Below are positions 1 to 9,204 of a stretch of 64,000 nucleotides of DNA, in pieces. The position numbers and the translations under genes are program-made. Origin of the DNA: Pseudobdellovibrionaceae bacterium. GTDB lineage: Bacteria; Bdellovibrionota; Bdellovibrionia; Bdellovibrionales; JAMPXM01. Position 1 is the first letter of the stretch, and the number at the start of each line of letters is the position of its first letter. The notes beneath the pieces are model-generated. The model did no database searches. It saw only the letters and a list, made by a program, of their open reading frames with translations, and was not told the origin of the DNA. The stretch lies in NCBI GenBank assembly GCA_021463345.1, contig JAJTYM010000002.1, positions 33,422 through 97,421 of the forward strand, in the 5' to 3' direction.

Positions 1-330
1 TGAGAGGCCCGAAGTGAAATTGGCCAGGCGGCTGCCGAGCTGCGCGCGCTCCGTATCCATCGACCCGGACGAATCGACGACAAAAAGCACATCGACTTTG
101 TCAGTCAACGACGAGCGGATCGATTCGGAAACGGGGATCGCGGGAACGGGGCTGGGGGATACGGGGGACAGGGAACAGTCGTTGCCCGCGCCCTCTTCGC
201 ATTCAATGTGATTCTGCCCGGCGGCGTTGGTCGTGAATCTCACAGCGCCACAACCGCTGAGGAAGAGCATGAGCGCGGCGCACCCCATCCAAGTGAGTTG
301 ACCCGAACACGAGCGTGATCGTCCCATCAT
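1..330 (-). CDS. VWA-domain lipoprotein, N-terminal 110 codons only (gene runs off the left edge)
   Basis: Absent from the ORF track because there is no stop in the window. Hand translation from ATG at 330 gives MMGRSRSCSGQLTWMGCAALMLFLSGCGAV... with lipobox LFLSGC. It continues VDVLFVVDSSGSMDTE, a DxSxS MIDAS start of a von Willebrand A domain. GAGGGG Shine-Dalgarno lies just upstream, and the frame stays open to position 1. Confidence 0.6.
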   Translation of the reverse strand, partial: MMGRSRSCSGQLTWMGCAALMLFLSGCGAVRFTTNAAGQNHIECEEGAGNDCSLSPVSPSPVPAIPVSESIRSSLTDKVDVLFVVDSSGSMDTERAQLGSRLANFTSGLS

Positions 331-646
331 CCACCCCTCAATGCTTGAGAGCAGTGCGAGAGCGATGCCACGCGGGAATGACGCAGAATCATCTTCTTGT
401 GACGCTCACCAGACACCTGTCCAAAAAATGATCAAGTGTGCGGGCGAAATGACAATCCATCCGAAGGCGGTTCTCCACTGCGAGGAACACCGGTAACGTC
501 TGATGTCATAGGCTTGTAAAACATTCAGGGGCGGCAGAAGCCAGGCCCCATTGAGAACCGCCATAACGCGGTCCAACACGAAGCGAGGTCCTCCCGAAGA
601 TGGTCCCGGGTTTGATGGGTGAATGTCCCTGTGTAAGGAGAAAACG

Positions 647-1765
647 ATGTTGAAACCACGCTACCTCCGCCAAAGACAACTGGCTGGACTCAGCCTCTCT
701 CTCCTGCTCCATGGCACCGCCGCGATCGGCATTTCATTGGCCCCGACACGGCTGTTACGGGACTCCGAGGACCTCACCGAGGCCGTTTACATCGACGAGG
801 CCGGCACAGCCCCGATTCCAGGCGCTCAGGCCTCCTCAGCCCCCCTCGCCTCCGGAACGGCGAACGATGCCCAAGACGCGGGGGCGGATGTTGACGAGGC
901 GGCGCCCGTCGCCCAACCGACGAACCGGTCCGCCATCGCGCCCACGGACTCGACACCAGACGTCGTCACCCCCGAAAAGATCGCAGAAGCGCCGCGCGAA
1001 TTACCGAAGAAAACCACGATGCCCAAAAAGCCCGTGCCGACGACAACGCTCCCGGCGAAGACAAAAGCCATGATTGAAGACGCCGCGGCGAGCGACGACC
1101 AGGGCGTGAAAACCGCGCTCGAGAACGCGCGGACGGAAGACAGCCGGAATTTGGAGAATGCCGGAGTCGATGCCGAGGCTGACGCCGATTCCGATACCGA
1201 CGACCTAAAGGAACGGCCGGAAGAGCAGCCTGAGACGCGTTCAGCAGAGGCATGGCTCCCTGAGGCAGAGCCTGAGGAGCCGGTGGCGCAGACCGAGCGC
1301 GAAACGGGCGACGCGAGCGAGGACGTGGCGGAACCCCCGACAGTGACCACGCAAAGCGCGTCCAGGGCCGCGGTGCCGGCGCCCGTCGCGGCCCATGAAG
1401 GCGCGGCTCATGGCGGTCCGACTCACGGTGGTGACGTTATCGGCGGCGGCACGAGCGCCCACGGCGTCCGCGACGCGAGCGAATTGCGGGCCATGTCGGG
1501 GAACCGCGCCCCTGTTTACCCGGAACGCGACCGTCTGATGCGCAATCAGGGGACGGTCGTGTTCATCGCGCGGGTCCTGCCCGACGGCACGGTCACGGAT
1601 ATTCAGTTGGAAAAAAGCGCGCAGTCGAAGTCGTTGGACCTATCGGCTTTGGAAGCGATGAAAAAATGGAGATTCCAGTCCGGCCAGCAAGGAATGGTGC
1701 GCAAGGGGTTCACGTTCAGCCTCGACGGGACGGCTGAAGAATTGCCGGCGCGCCTGCGCCGCTAG
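647..1765 (+). CDS. TonB-family energy transducer with a long acidic/Pro-rich linker
   Basis: ORF 623..1765. AAGGAG lies 6 nt upstream of ATG 647. The N-terminal TM segment is LAGLSLSLLLHGTAAIGISLA. The C-terminal TonB domain reads GNRAPVYPERDRLMRNQGTVVFIARVLPDGTVTDIQLEKSAQSKSLDLSALEAMKKWRF. Confidence 0.8.
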   Translation: MLKPRYLRQRQLAGLSLSLLLHGTAAIGISLAPTRLLRDSEDLTEAVYIDEAGTAPIPGAQASSAPLASGTANDAQDAGADVDEAAPVAQPTNRSAIAPTDSTPDVVTPEKIAEAPRELPKKTTMPKKPVPTTTLPAKTKAMIEDAAASDDQGVKTALENARTEDSRNLENAGVDAEADADSDTDDLKERPEEQPETRSAEAWLPEAEPEEPVAQTERETGDASEDVAEPPTVTTQSASRAAVPAPVAAHEGAAHGGPTHGGDVIGGGTSAHGVRDASELRAMSGNRAPVYPERDRLMRNQGTVVFIARVLPDGTVTDIQLEKSAQSKSLDLSALEAMKKWRFQSGQQGMVRKGFTFSLDGTAEELPARLRR

Positions 1766-1801
1766 CCACCCCACCTGCAACCGTTCAACCGAGCGTGGGG
1801 C

Positions 1802-1930
1802 TCAATCGCCGAAGAGCTCTTTCTGGGATTTCGTCGTGCCTTTGGTGCGCTTCGCCGCTTTGCTTTTTTTGCCGCGGGTGACACGCTTGCGGCGACGGAT
1901 TTTTTCGGTACGCATCGTTTTCGAGGCCAT
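1802..1930 (-). CDS. candidate 42-aa highly basic mini-protein
   Basis: Below the ORF-track size cut-off. Hand translation gives MASKTMRTEKIRRRKRVTRGKKSKAAKRTKGTTKSQKELFGD. GGGAG lies 6 nt upstream of the ATG. It sits 39 nt downstream of the 1970..2848 gene on the same strand. Confidence 0.35.
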   Translation of the reverse strand: MASKTMRTEKIRRRKRVTRGKKSKAAKRTKGTTKSQKELFGD

Positions 1931-1969
1931 GATTCACTCCCGTTCGGAAATAACGTTCGACACGGGTTA

Positions 1970-2848
1970 TCAAAAGGGTATCCACAAGTCAACGAGATGG
2001 CGGATGGCCCGATCGAGCCGCGTATCCTTCTGGAGCGTGTAATCGACCTGAAGCCGAGGGCCCCGATAGCTGAGCCCGGCGCCGACCAGGGTTTTATCCA
2101 CCGTCTCCCGCCAGTGGCACCCGATCCGCATGGCCAGACCGCTTTCAAACACGCTTTCAAAGCCCGCGCCCACGTCGAGCCGCCTCCGGGGATTGAATTG
2201 GTCGGGACGCGAAACATCCAAGCGCGCGTTGAACATCTTTTCGTAACTGGCGTGAAACCCGAGCCCCAGCGTGGGCACGTTGCGGATGCCGAACGGCGCC
2301 GCGCGCCCGGAGGGAAAAACGTTCTGCGCGGAGAACCCGAGGGCGATCATCTCAAACGGCGCCCAGAGCGCGCCGATGTCGGCGTTGGTTTGAAAGTGCG
2401 TCGGACCGCCGCCGTTCAGCTCCGTTTCCCGGTAGTGGAGCCCGACGCCCAACCCGACGCCCGGGTAGACGATCCGCCCCGCGCTGCCGCGAAACTCTTG
2501 GTCCACGCTTTCGGAGCCCGCCGGGGTTTGGCGCCGGTCACGGAGGTACGAAAGCGCGCCCGGCATGATTTTATCGGGGGTGCCATCGGAGAGGACGACG
2601 CCCCAGACGCGGTTTTCACCCTCGGTCGGGTGCTCGCCCGACTGATAATGCCCTCCGACGTGCAGATACGGCGGCGAAAACCCGAGCGACGCGGGATTGA
2701 GGAAGAACGACTCGAGCGGATCCATGGTCGCACGGCCCGCACCGCCGAGCGCGGCCGCCGCGGGCCCTTGAAAAGGCTGCGCGGACGCGAACGGAGCGGA
2801 GAGCGAGACGGTCAGGATCAAGAGGATCGGCCACGAGCTGAAACGCAT
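1970..2848 (-). CDS. putative outer-membrane beta-barrel protein (unknown family)
   Basis: The 292-aa ORF starts with signal peptide MRFSSWPILLILTVSLSAPFASAQ. It has alternating Gly/aromatic beta-strand-like segments and ends in ...DLWIPF (C-terminal Phe). Confidence 0.6.
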   Translation of the reverse strand: MRFSSWPILLILTVSLSAPFASAQPFQGPAAAALGGAGRATMDPLESFFLNPASLGFSPPYLHVGGHYQSGEHPTEGENRVWGVVLSDGTPDKIMPGALSYLRDRRQTPAGSESVDQEFRGSAGRIVYPGVGLGVGLHYRETELNGGGPTHFQTNADIGALWAPFEMIALGFSAQNVFPSGRAAPFGIRNVPTLGLGFHASYEKMFNARLDVSRPDQFNPRRRLDVGAGFESVFESGLAMRIGCHWRETVDKTLVGAGLSYRGPRLQVDYTLQKDTRLDRAIRHLVDLWIPF

Positions 2849-2885
2849 TCCCGCCCATGGCAGCAGACTTCGCCTCCCGGGTCAA

Positions 2886-4046
2886 TCACTGGCGTGTGCA
2901 GATGCTCGCCCAATGAACGCAGTCCTGAGTGGGGGCGCCGGGAACGCAAGCCTGCGGGAGGTTGTACTGCACGCTCTGGATGTTGCTGCCGTAACAGTCG
3001 GCCCCGCCCTGTTTCTTGGGCGTGATGCAACGATTGGCCATATCGACGTACCAGTCCTCGACGCGCAACGAACGGCGCACGATCTGCAATTCGGGCGAGA
3101 GCGCGACGGGGTCCGCCTCCGCGTTGCACGGGATGCCGGTGTTGTCCCCCGGGCGCACGATGCGGAATTGCATCGAGACCGGGCAGGACCACGTGCGCAC
3201 GTCGCTCGCGTCGCCGCGATTCTCGAGATTGAGTTCGGTGATCTCGCGGAGCGCGTAGTTGGGGAATTGGCCGTGGATGGTCCCCTGCGAAGGCGTCGGC
3301 TGGCGGAAACTCACGACCAAGCCCTTGCCGTAAACGGCCCTGCCGGCGTCCCCCCCGTGAAGATCGGCGGGGCTCTTGGCGTAGGTCGGGCTGATCTCGG
3401 GGTCGCTGTAGGTGAGCGCGAGCATGCCTTCGCCGGTGAGCATCGCGCGCACGCTCTCGGCGAGCGCGGCCGAATCGCCTTGGTTCAGGCTGCCCTCGAA
3501 CCGTTCGCCCTGCGGCAGCCCGTTGCGTTGATAGCGGAGGCGCGAGCCGGCGGCGGCATGGTAAAGCGTCTCGACGAGGTCGTAGCTGCCGAGCGGGGTG
3601 AAGAAATTGGCGACGTCCTCGTTCGGCTCGGCCGTCCCGCCCTGCGTGAAGACGGCCTGGAAGTTCGCGCGGCTGCGGATCCCGAGCTGCAGCCGCGAGT
3701 TCGAATTGATCGGGCTCGTCGCGATCAATTCGATCTGGTCGTCGGGAAGCTTGAACTCCTTCCCGATCGCCGCGAGGTAACCGTCGCGCAGCTTCAGGCC
3801 CCCGCTGCGGTACGCGCCCGCGCGGAAGGTGAAATACGCGCTCATGTCGAATGTCCTCGAGGGCAAGCCGGAACAGGACATGTACGCGACCTGATCGAGG
3901 TTCGCGTCATAAGCGTGGTCCGCCCGGTCGACGAGCGAGCTCACGTCTTTTTTCCGCTCCACGTACGGCGAGGAGCAGTTGTTGAAAGCCGCGATCGAAA
4001 CGGCGGACAACAAAGCGAGACCGACGGGACGGGACAACTGAGCCAT
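2886..4046 (-). CDS. Cys-rich lipoprotein of unknown function
   Basis: The 386-aa ORF has a signal sequence with ...SIAAFNNC and many Cys in the C-terminal third (CPVS, CNAE, CITP, CYGS, CVPG, CVHWASIC). I recognise no domain. It lies 37 nt upstream of the barrel gene on the same strand. Confidence 0.65.
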   Translation of the reverse strand: MAQLSRPVGLALLSAVSIAAFNNCSSPYVERKKDVSSLVDRADHAYDANLDQVAYMSCSGLPSRTFDMSAYFTFRAGAYRSGGLKLRDGYLAAIGKEFKLPDDQIELIATSPINSNSRLQLGIRSRANFQAVFTQGGTAEPNEDVANFFTPLGSYDLVETLYHAAAGSRLRYQRNGLPQGERFEGSLNQGDSAALAESVRAMLTGEGMLALTYSDPEISPTYAKSPADLHGGDAGRAVYGKGLVVSFRQPTPSQGTIHGQFPNYALREITELNLENRGDASDVRTWSCPVSMQFRIVRPGDNTGIPCNAEADPVALSPELQIVRRSLRVEDWYVDMANRCITPKKQGGADCYGSNIQSVQYNLPQACVPGAPTQDCVHWASICTRQ

Positions 4047-4197
4047 ACTCGCCTTATCGGCTCAAACTGGGCGAATCTTTCGCGAAAGCCGCTCCCGCCC
4101 GCCCGTTCCGCCGCCCATCGCTTCGACATTCGGGCCGAAAAGCCAATCGGATCGGTTCCTTGAATGAGACGCGATCGCCGAGCGCCCACACGCCTCA

Positions 4198-4291
4198 GTT
4201 TGAGACCGATCGCGTCGGCCTGGGTCGCCCGACCGCTCCGGTCCCTCATCGCCAACTCCAGCCGAAGGGCCCGACGCGATCGGTCTCAAAC
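4198..4291. repeat. perfect 21-bp inverted repeat with a 52-nt spacer
   Basis: 4198-4218 gtttgagaccgatcgcgtcgg is the exact reverse complement of 4271-4291 ccgacgcgatcggtctcaaac (all 21 pairs checked by hand). A degenerate third copy, tgagacgcgatcgccg, lies near 4163-4180. Confidence 0.85.
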
Positions 4292-4350
4292 GCGCGCCCG
4301 GGTCTCCACCGGCTTGTCTTCGGCACGCGCGGCGTGGTTTTTTGGTTCTC

Positions 4351-5232
4351 ATGAAACACGTACGCAAAGCCGTCATACCAGCCGCCGGCCTCGGAACCCG
4401 TTTCCTCCCCGCCACCAAAACGGTGCCCAAGGAGATGCTCCCCATCGTCGACCGACCGACGCTTCTCTACATCGTCGAGGAGGCCGCGCGAGCCGGCGTC
4501 GAAGACATCATCCTGGTCGCCGGGCGCAACAAGACGGCGATCGAGGATTTCTTCGACTGCTCCTATGAGCTGCAGGACAAGCTCGCCAAAGACGGCAAGA
4601 CCGAATGGGTCGAAATGCTGCTCGGGATCCAAAACATGGCCAACGTGATCAGCATCCGCCAGAAGCAGGCGCTCGGCCTCGGGCACGCCGTCCATTGCGC
4701 CCGCCCGATCGCCGGCGACGAGCCGTTCGCCGTGCTCCTCGGCGACGAGATCATGATCTCGGCTCCGGGGCGGAGAACCGTCACCGAGCAACTCTCCGGG
4801 GTCTACGCGGCCACGGGCCTCTCGACGGTCGCGATCATGGAAGTCCCCGAGAAAGACGTCTCGAAGTACGGCATCGTCGGTGGCGCGATGCGGGAGGACG
4901 GCGTGATCAAGATCGAAACCGTCGTCGAAAAACCTTCGCCCCCGCAAGCGCCGAGCCGTTTCGCGCTGCCGGGAAGATATGTTTTCACTTCCGCGATTTT
5001 CCAGTATCTTGAGAAAACCAAACCCGGGAAGAACGGGGAGATCCAGCTCACCGACGCGATGGTCGAGCTGGCCAAGAACCACGGGCTCTTGGGCGCACCG
5101 TTCGAAGCGCGGCGCTACGACGCCGGCGACAAGTTCGGATACCTCCAAGCCAACATCGAGATGGGCCTGGAGCACCCGGACGTCGCACCCCGCCTGCGCG
5201 AGTACCTGAAAAGTTTGGCGCAAAGGATCTGA
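4351..5232 (+). CDS. galU: UTP--glucose-1-phosphate uridylyltransferase
   Basis: ORF 4342..5232, with ATG at 4351 giving MKHVRKAVIPAAGLGTRFLPATKTVPKEMLPIVDRP. This contains the GxGTRxLPxTK signature, and the length is about 293 aa. Confidence 0.9.
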   Translation: MKHVRKAVIPAAGLGTRFLPATKTVPKEMLPIVDRPTLLYIVEEAARAGVEDIILVAGRNKTAIEDFFDCSYELQDKLAKDGKTEWVEMLLGIQNMANVISIRQKQALGLGHAVHCARPIAGDEPFAVLLGDEIMISAPGRRTVTEQLSGVYAATGLSTVAIMEVPEKDVSKYGIVGGAMREDGVIKIETVVEKPSPPQAPSRFALPGRYVFTSAIFQYLEKTKPGKNGEIQLTDAMVELAKNHGLLGAPFEARRYDAGDKFGYLQANIEMGLEHPDVAPRLREYLKSLAQRI

Positions 5233-5235
5233 TAC

Positions 5236-6144
5236 ATGAAGCCGATCCCGGAACGCGGCCGCGCGCGCACCCTCCTCATCCTTCTGTCGTTCGCGGCGGC
5301 GGCGCTCGCGGCCGACATCGCCTCGGCGTACGTGCCCAGCACGCGCACCATCCTCAACCGATTGGCGCGCGGATCCGGCAAAGGGCTCTACCAAATCGAG
5401 CAAGAGGTCCAGTTCCGAACCGACGCCGAGCCCATCGTGCTGCGCGAGCGGTGGGTCGTGGGGAACGGCGACTCGATGTTCCTCTCCGTGAGCGGCGCCA
5501 AAGGCTCGACCGAAGGCTGGAAACTCGAGGTCGGGTACAAAGACGGCCGCCGCTTCTTCGTCGACGACTCCGGCGCGGCGAAAAGCGGCCCGCAGAGCCC
5601 GGAGTTCATCGAGCCCTACCTGCATTTCCGCTCCGGAAAAAGCGTGCTCGAGGCCCTGATCCGGCAACGCGTCCTGCCTCCGAACCTCGCCTCGATGCAA
5701 AAGCGGGTGAAAAGCAATAACGGCGTGAGCCACCAACACGAAACGTTCGTGCGCCTGGCGCGCTCAGGCGGCGCCGTCACGTACGCGTTCGGAACGCCCG
5801 CGCCCGTCAACGCCGCCAAACCACCGCCCGGATTCTGGGTCGACCAGGACGCGTTCCAATTCCGCAAGCTGCGCTTCCCGTCGGCCGCGGAGGTCGAGGC
5901 CGACAAGCATTTCTTCGCCGCCGGCGGTTTGCGCGTGCCCCGCGACCGGACCGTCTCCTGGGACAACAACACCGCCTCCATCCGCATCATCTCGGTCAAG
6001 AGCGCTTCCTCGGGGCAGCAGACCCAAAAACTCCTTTCCGGCGCGGGCGCCATCAACGCGAGCGGGAAAACGGGCGGGAAGCCAAGCGCTCCCAAGCTTC
6101 CCGAGAGCCAGCAGGTCAGGGAGTTCTACCAGAGGTTCCGATGA
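5236..6144 (+). CDS. secreted protein of unknown function
   Basis: The 302-aa ORF starts 4 nt after galU and overlaps the priA start (ATGA). The signal peptide is LLILLSFAAAALAADIASA. I recognise no catalytic motif. Confidence 0.7.
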   Translation: MKPIPERGRARTLLILLSFAAAALAADIASAYVPSTRTILNRLARGSGKGLYQIEQEVQFRTDAEPIVLRERWVVGNGDSMFLSVSGAKGSTEGWKLEVGYKDGRRFFVDDSGAAKSGPQSPEFIEPYLHFRSGKSVLEALIRQRVLPPNLASMQKRVKSNNGVSHQHETFVRLARSGGAVTYAFGTPAPVNAAKPPPGFWVDQDAFQFRKLRFPSAAEVEADKHFFAAGGLRVPRDRTVSWDNNTASIRIISVKSASSGQQTQKLLSGAGAINASGKTGGKPSAPKLPESQQVREFYQRFR

Positions 6145-8183
6145 GCGGTTCGTTCTGGAAGGTGGCCGTCGAAGCGCCCCTGCCTGAACCGCTGACGTAC
6201 GAAGCGCCGTCGCAACTCGAGGGTCACCCGCTGTTGAAACGGGGCTCGACCGTGCGCGTGCCGCTCGGCAAGCGCACGGCGCTCGGCGTCCTGATCAGCG
6301 ACGGCGCTGACGGCGAAGGCCCTTTCAAAATCAGGGAAATCTCCGAGATCGTCGCCTCGCGCCCGCCTCTGCCCGAGCCTTACCTCCAATGGCTCGAGTG
6401 GGTCGCCAAGTATTACATCCATCCGATCGGCAACGTCATAGAAAGCGTCTTCCCGCCGCTCGGCAAGGCCGAGAACGCCCGGCAGAAGTCCAGGAAGGGG
6501 CCGGTCGCGCCGGTCGTCGCGCGAATCGCGCCCCCGGAACTGACCGACGAGCAGCGCGTGGTCGTCGACGGCATCCTCGCCGACCGCGGCTTCGGCGCCC
6601 ACCTCGTGCACGGGGTGACGGGTTCCGGAAAAACGGAAGTCTACATCCGCCTGCTCGAGGACCTGATCGCCAGAGACAAGCAGGCGCTCGTCCTCGTCCC
6701 CGAGATCTCGCTCACTCCCCAGCTCACGCAGAGGTTCGCCATGCGTTTGGGAGACGCCGTCGCGGTCATCCACTCGGGGCTCACGCCGCGCGAGAAAACC
6801 GACCAGTGGTGGGCGATGGTCGAAGGGCGCAAGCGGGTCCTGATCGGCGCGCGCTCGGCGCTCTTTTGCCCGGTCGAGAACCTCGGGCTGATCATCATCG
6901 ACGAGGAACACGAAGGAAGCTTCAAACAGGACGAGAAACTCAAATATCACGCCCGCGATTCGGCGGTGGTCCTCGCCAAGCTCTACGACTGCCCGGTCGT
7001 GCTCGGGTCCGCGACGCCCAGCCTTGAAACCTGGGGAAACGCCAAAAACGGACGCTACCGGCTCCATGAGATGAAAAAGCGCGTCGAGGACCGGCCGATG
7101 CCGACGGTCGAGGTGATCGATCTGCGCGCCGAGCGCGACGACCGCAAAACGAGCGAGCCCCGCCCAGACCTCCCGTTCTGGCTGAGCGGCGGGCTTCACG
7201 ACGCTCTCAAGGAAACGCTCCTCGCGGGCAAGCAATCGGCCCTTTTCCTCAACCGGCGCGGCGTCGCTCAGTCGGTGGTCTGCCCCGCCTGCGGCCACAC
7301 GCCGCAATGCCCGAATTGCGAGGTGAGTCTCACCCTGCACGGCAAGAACCACCTGCTCTGCCACTACTGCGACTTTCACCGGACGCTCGGCCCCGTTTGC
7401 GGCGACTGCAAGGAAGGCGAACCCAAACCGCTGGGGCTCGGCACCGAGTTGGTCGAGAACGATCTCCTGCGGCTCTTTCCCGGCGCGAAGGTCGCGCGCA
7501 TGGATCGGGACGAGATCACGACCCGCGAGGACCTCGAGGCCGCGATCGCCGACATCGAGGCCGGCGCCGTCGATTTCATCGTCGGCACCCAGATGATAGC
7601 CAAAGGCCTGGACTTCCCCGACCTCATCCTCGTCGGGCTGGTCATGGCGGATGTCGCCTTCAACCTGCCCGACTTTCGCGCCTCCGAACGCGCCTTCCAG
7701 CTGCTCACGCAGGTCGCCGGCCGCTCGGGACGGCACGTGAGCGACGTCCCGGGCCGAGTGATCATTCAAACCTACAACCCGGACCACCCCAGCATCGCGT
7801 TCACGCGGGCGCACGACTACGATGGTTTCGCGCGCTTCGAGATGAGTTGCCGCGAGCAGCTGCGCTACCCGCCGTTCTCACGCATGGGCGCGTTCCGCGT
7901 GCAAGGGCTCGACCTCGACAAAGTCAAACGCGCGGCGGACGCCTTGAAGGCGCGCGCCGAGCGGCTTCTCGCGCGGCAGATCGCGTACCAGCGGATCGAT
8001 CTGTTGGGTCCGGCGCCGTGCCCGCTCGCGAAACTCCGCAACAATTTCCGCTTCCAGTTCCTCGTCAAAGGGCCCGACGCCGCCAACCTCGGCCGCTTCT
8101 GCAGGCAATTGCTGGCCGACGGCGATTGGATCCCCTCCGGAGTCAAGATCTCCATCGACATGGACGCGATCAACCTGATCTAG
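6141..8183 (+). CDS. priA: primosomal protein N' (replication restart helicase)
   Basis: Walker A GVTGSGKTEVY and DEEH box IIIDEEHEGSFKQ are present. The Cys cluster is CPACGHTPQCPNCEVSLTLHGKNHLLCHYCDF...CGDC. Length is 680 aa. Confidence 0.92.
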   Translation: MSGSFWKVAVEAPLPEPLTYEAPSQLEGHPLLKRGSTVRVPLGKRTALGVLISDGADGEGPFKIREISEIVASRPPLPEPYLQWLEWVAKYYIHPIGNVIESVFPPLGKAENARQKSRKGPVAPVVARIAPPELTDEQRVVVDGILADRGFGAHLVHGVTGSGKTEVYIRLLEDLIARDKQALVLVPEISLTPQLTQRFAMRLGDAVAVIHSGLTPREKTDQWWAMVEGRKRVLIGARSALFCPVENLGLIIIDEEHEGSFKQDEKLKYHARDSAVVLAKLYDCPVVLGSATPSLETWGNAKNGRYRLHEMKKRVEDRPMPTVEVIDLRAERDDRKTSEPRPDLPFWLSGGLHDALKETLLAGKQSALFLNRRGVAQSVVCPACGHTPQCPNCEVSLTLHGKNHLLCHYCDFHRTLGPVCGDCKEGEPKPLGLGTELVENDLLRLFPGAKVARMDRDEITTREDLEAAIADIEAGAVDFIVGTQMIAKGLDFPDLILVGLVMADVAFNLPDFRASERAFQLLTQVAGRSGRHVSDVPGRVIIQTYNPDHPSIAFTRAHDYDGFARFEMSCREQLRYPPFSRMGAFRVQGLDLDKVKRAADALKARAERLLARQIAYQRIDLLGPAPCPLAKLRNNFRFQFLVKGPDAANLGRFCRQLLADGDWIPSGVKISIDMDAINLI

Positions 8184-8269
8184 CGCCTCGAGGCGCGCAA
8201 GACCCGTCTTTGGGCCTGTGGAGAAATGAAAGCTTCGCCGGCTCCACCGACTCAAATAAAATCTTTTGG

Positions 8270-9160
8270 GTGACCGAACAAGCGACACCCTCGATATGCC
8301 CCAACTGCGGCGCGGAGAACGTCCCGCTGTCCCGAGTGGAGCCGGGCCTCAAGCTCCGCCTGCACGACATCGTCGGCCGCGCGCAGATCCCTTCGGAGGT
8401 TTGCGCGGGCTGCGCCAAGGAGTTCGCCGACCAGGTCTCGACCGGGGCGGCGCTGCGGGCCGAGGAGACGAGGAGGGCGGAAAACCGCCTGCAGCTCTGG
8501 CGCAACCGCGTCGCCCTCATCAAGCAAGCCAAGCAATTGATGGAATCGAAGCTCTATTCCGACGCCGCCGTCTCTTACGAGAAGTACCTGCGCATCCTCG
8601 AGGTCGTGTACGAGCGCAAGCCAGGCGAGCTCAGCGCCGCTCTCTTTTCGAACGAGGCGCGCAAGCAGGAGCTCACCGTGATCTCCTCCGTCTATTGGGA
8701 TCTCCTGCGGATCTACGACGTGCACGAGCGTTACCAAGACCGGCAGATGAAGGCCGCCGAGAAGCTCGCCGAGTTCTGCCGCTTCACTCCCGTGCTCCCG
8801 AACCTCGTCAAAAAAGCGGAATCGCAGCAACGGCAGGCGAGAAACCCCGGCGCGTACAAAACGTTCTTGAAGCTCGTCAACGCCAAGCGCGCGCCTTGTT
8901 TCATAGCCACTGCGGCGTTCGACGGCCGCGGCCCCGAGGTGCTGATCCTCTGCCGGTTCCGCGACGAGACCCTTCGCTCCACGGCGTTCGGGCGCGGCCT
9001 CGTCCGCGCGTATTACCGTTTGTCCCCGCCGTTGGCGGATTTCCTCAACGCCCATCCGCGACTCAAGCCGCCGACGCGGAAAGCGTTGGGTTGGATCGCG
9101 GCGGCCCTGGCCGTTTGGATGGGGCCGCGGCGCGTGCGCAGTCCGAAGGCAAGGCGCTAG
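8270..9160 (+). CDS. Zn-ribbon protein with a conserved C-terminal CFIATAAF module (unknown function)
   Basis: This is the post-priA part of track ORF 7307..9160. The start is ambiguous (GTG 8270 or in-frame TTG 8210, no clear SD). The N-terminus has CPNC...CAGC. The C-terminus reads RAPCFIATAAFDGRGPEVLILCRFRDETL...YYRLSPPLADFL. Confidence 0.6.
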   Translation: MTEQATPSICPNCGAENVPLSRVEPGLKLRLHDIVGRAQIPSEVCAGCAKEFADQVSTGAALRAEETRRAENRLQLWRNRVALIKQAKQLMESKLYSDAAVSYEKYLRILEVVYERKPGELSAALFSNEARKQELTVISSVYWDLLRIYDVHERYQDRQMKAAEKLAEFCRFTPVLPNLVKKAESQQRQARNPGAYKTFLKLVNAKRAPCFIATAAFDGRGPEVLILCRFRDETLRSTAFGRGLVRAYYRLSPPLADFLNAHPRLKPPTRKALGWIAAALAVWMGPRRVRSPKARR

Positions 9161-9204
9161 AAAACCCTTGATGGAACGGCCTGGATCGACAATTCTTCGG
9201 TGCA

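Noticed and set aside
14-211. 65-aa plus-strand ORF at the left edge
   Set aside because: The opposite strand encodes a far more convincing lipoprotein/VWA N-terminus with an SD, a lipobox and a MIDAS motif.
425-460. Possible Fur boxes upstream of the TonB-family gene (aaaatgatcaag, aaatgacaatccat)
   Set aside because: They give only partial matches to the 19-bp GATAATGATAATCATTATC consensus by eye. The match is not strong enough without a PWM score.
7307-8269. N-terminal two-thirds of the 617-aa ORF 7307..9160
   Set aside because: It lies inside priA in another frame and is an Arg/Pro-rich low-complexity translation. Only the part after the priA stop is kept as a gene.
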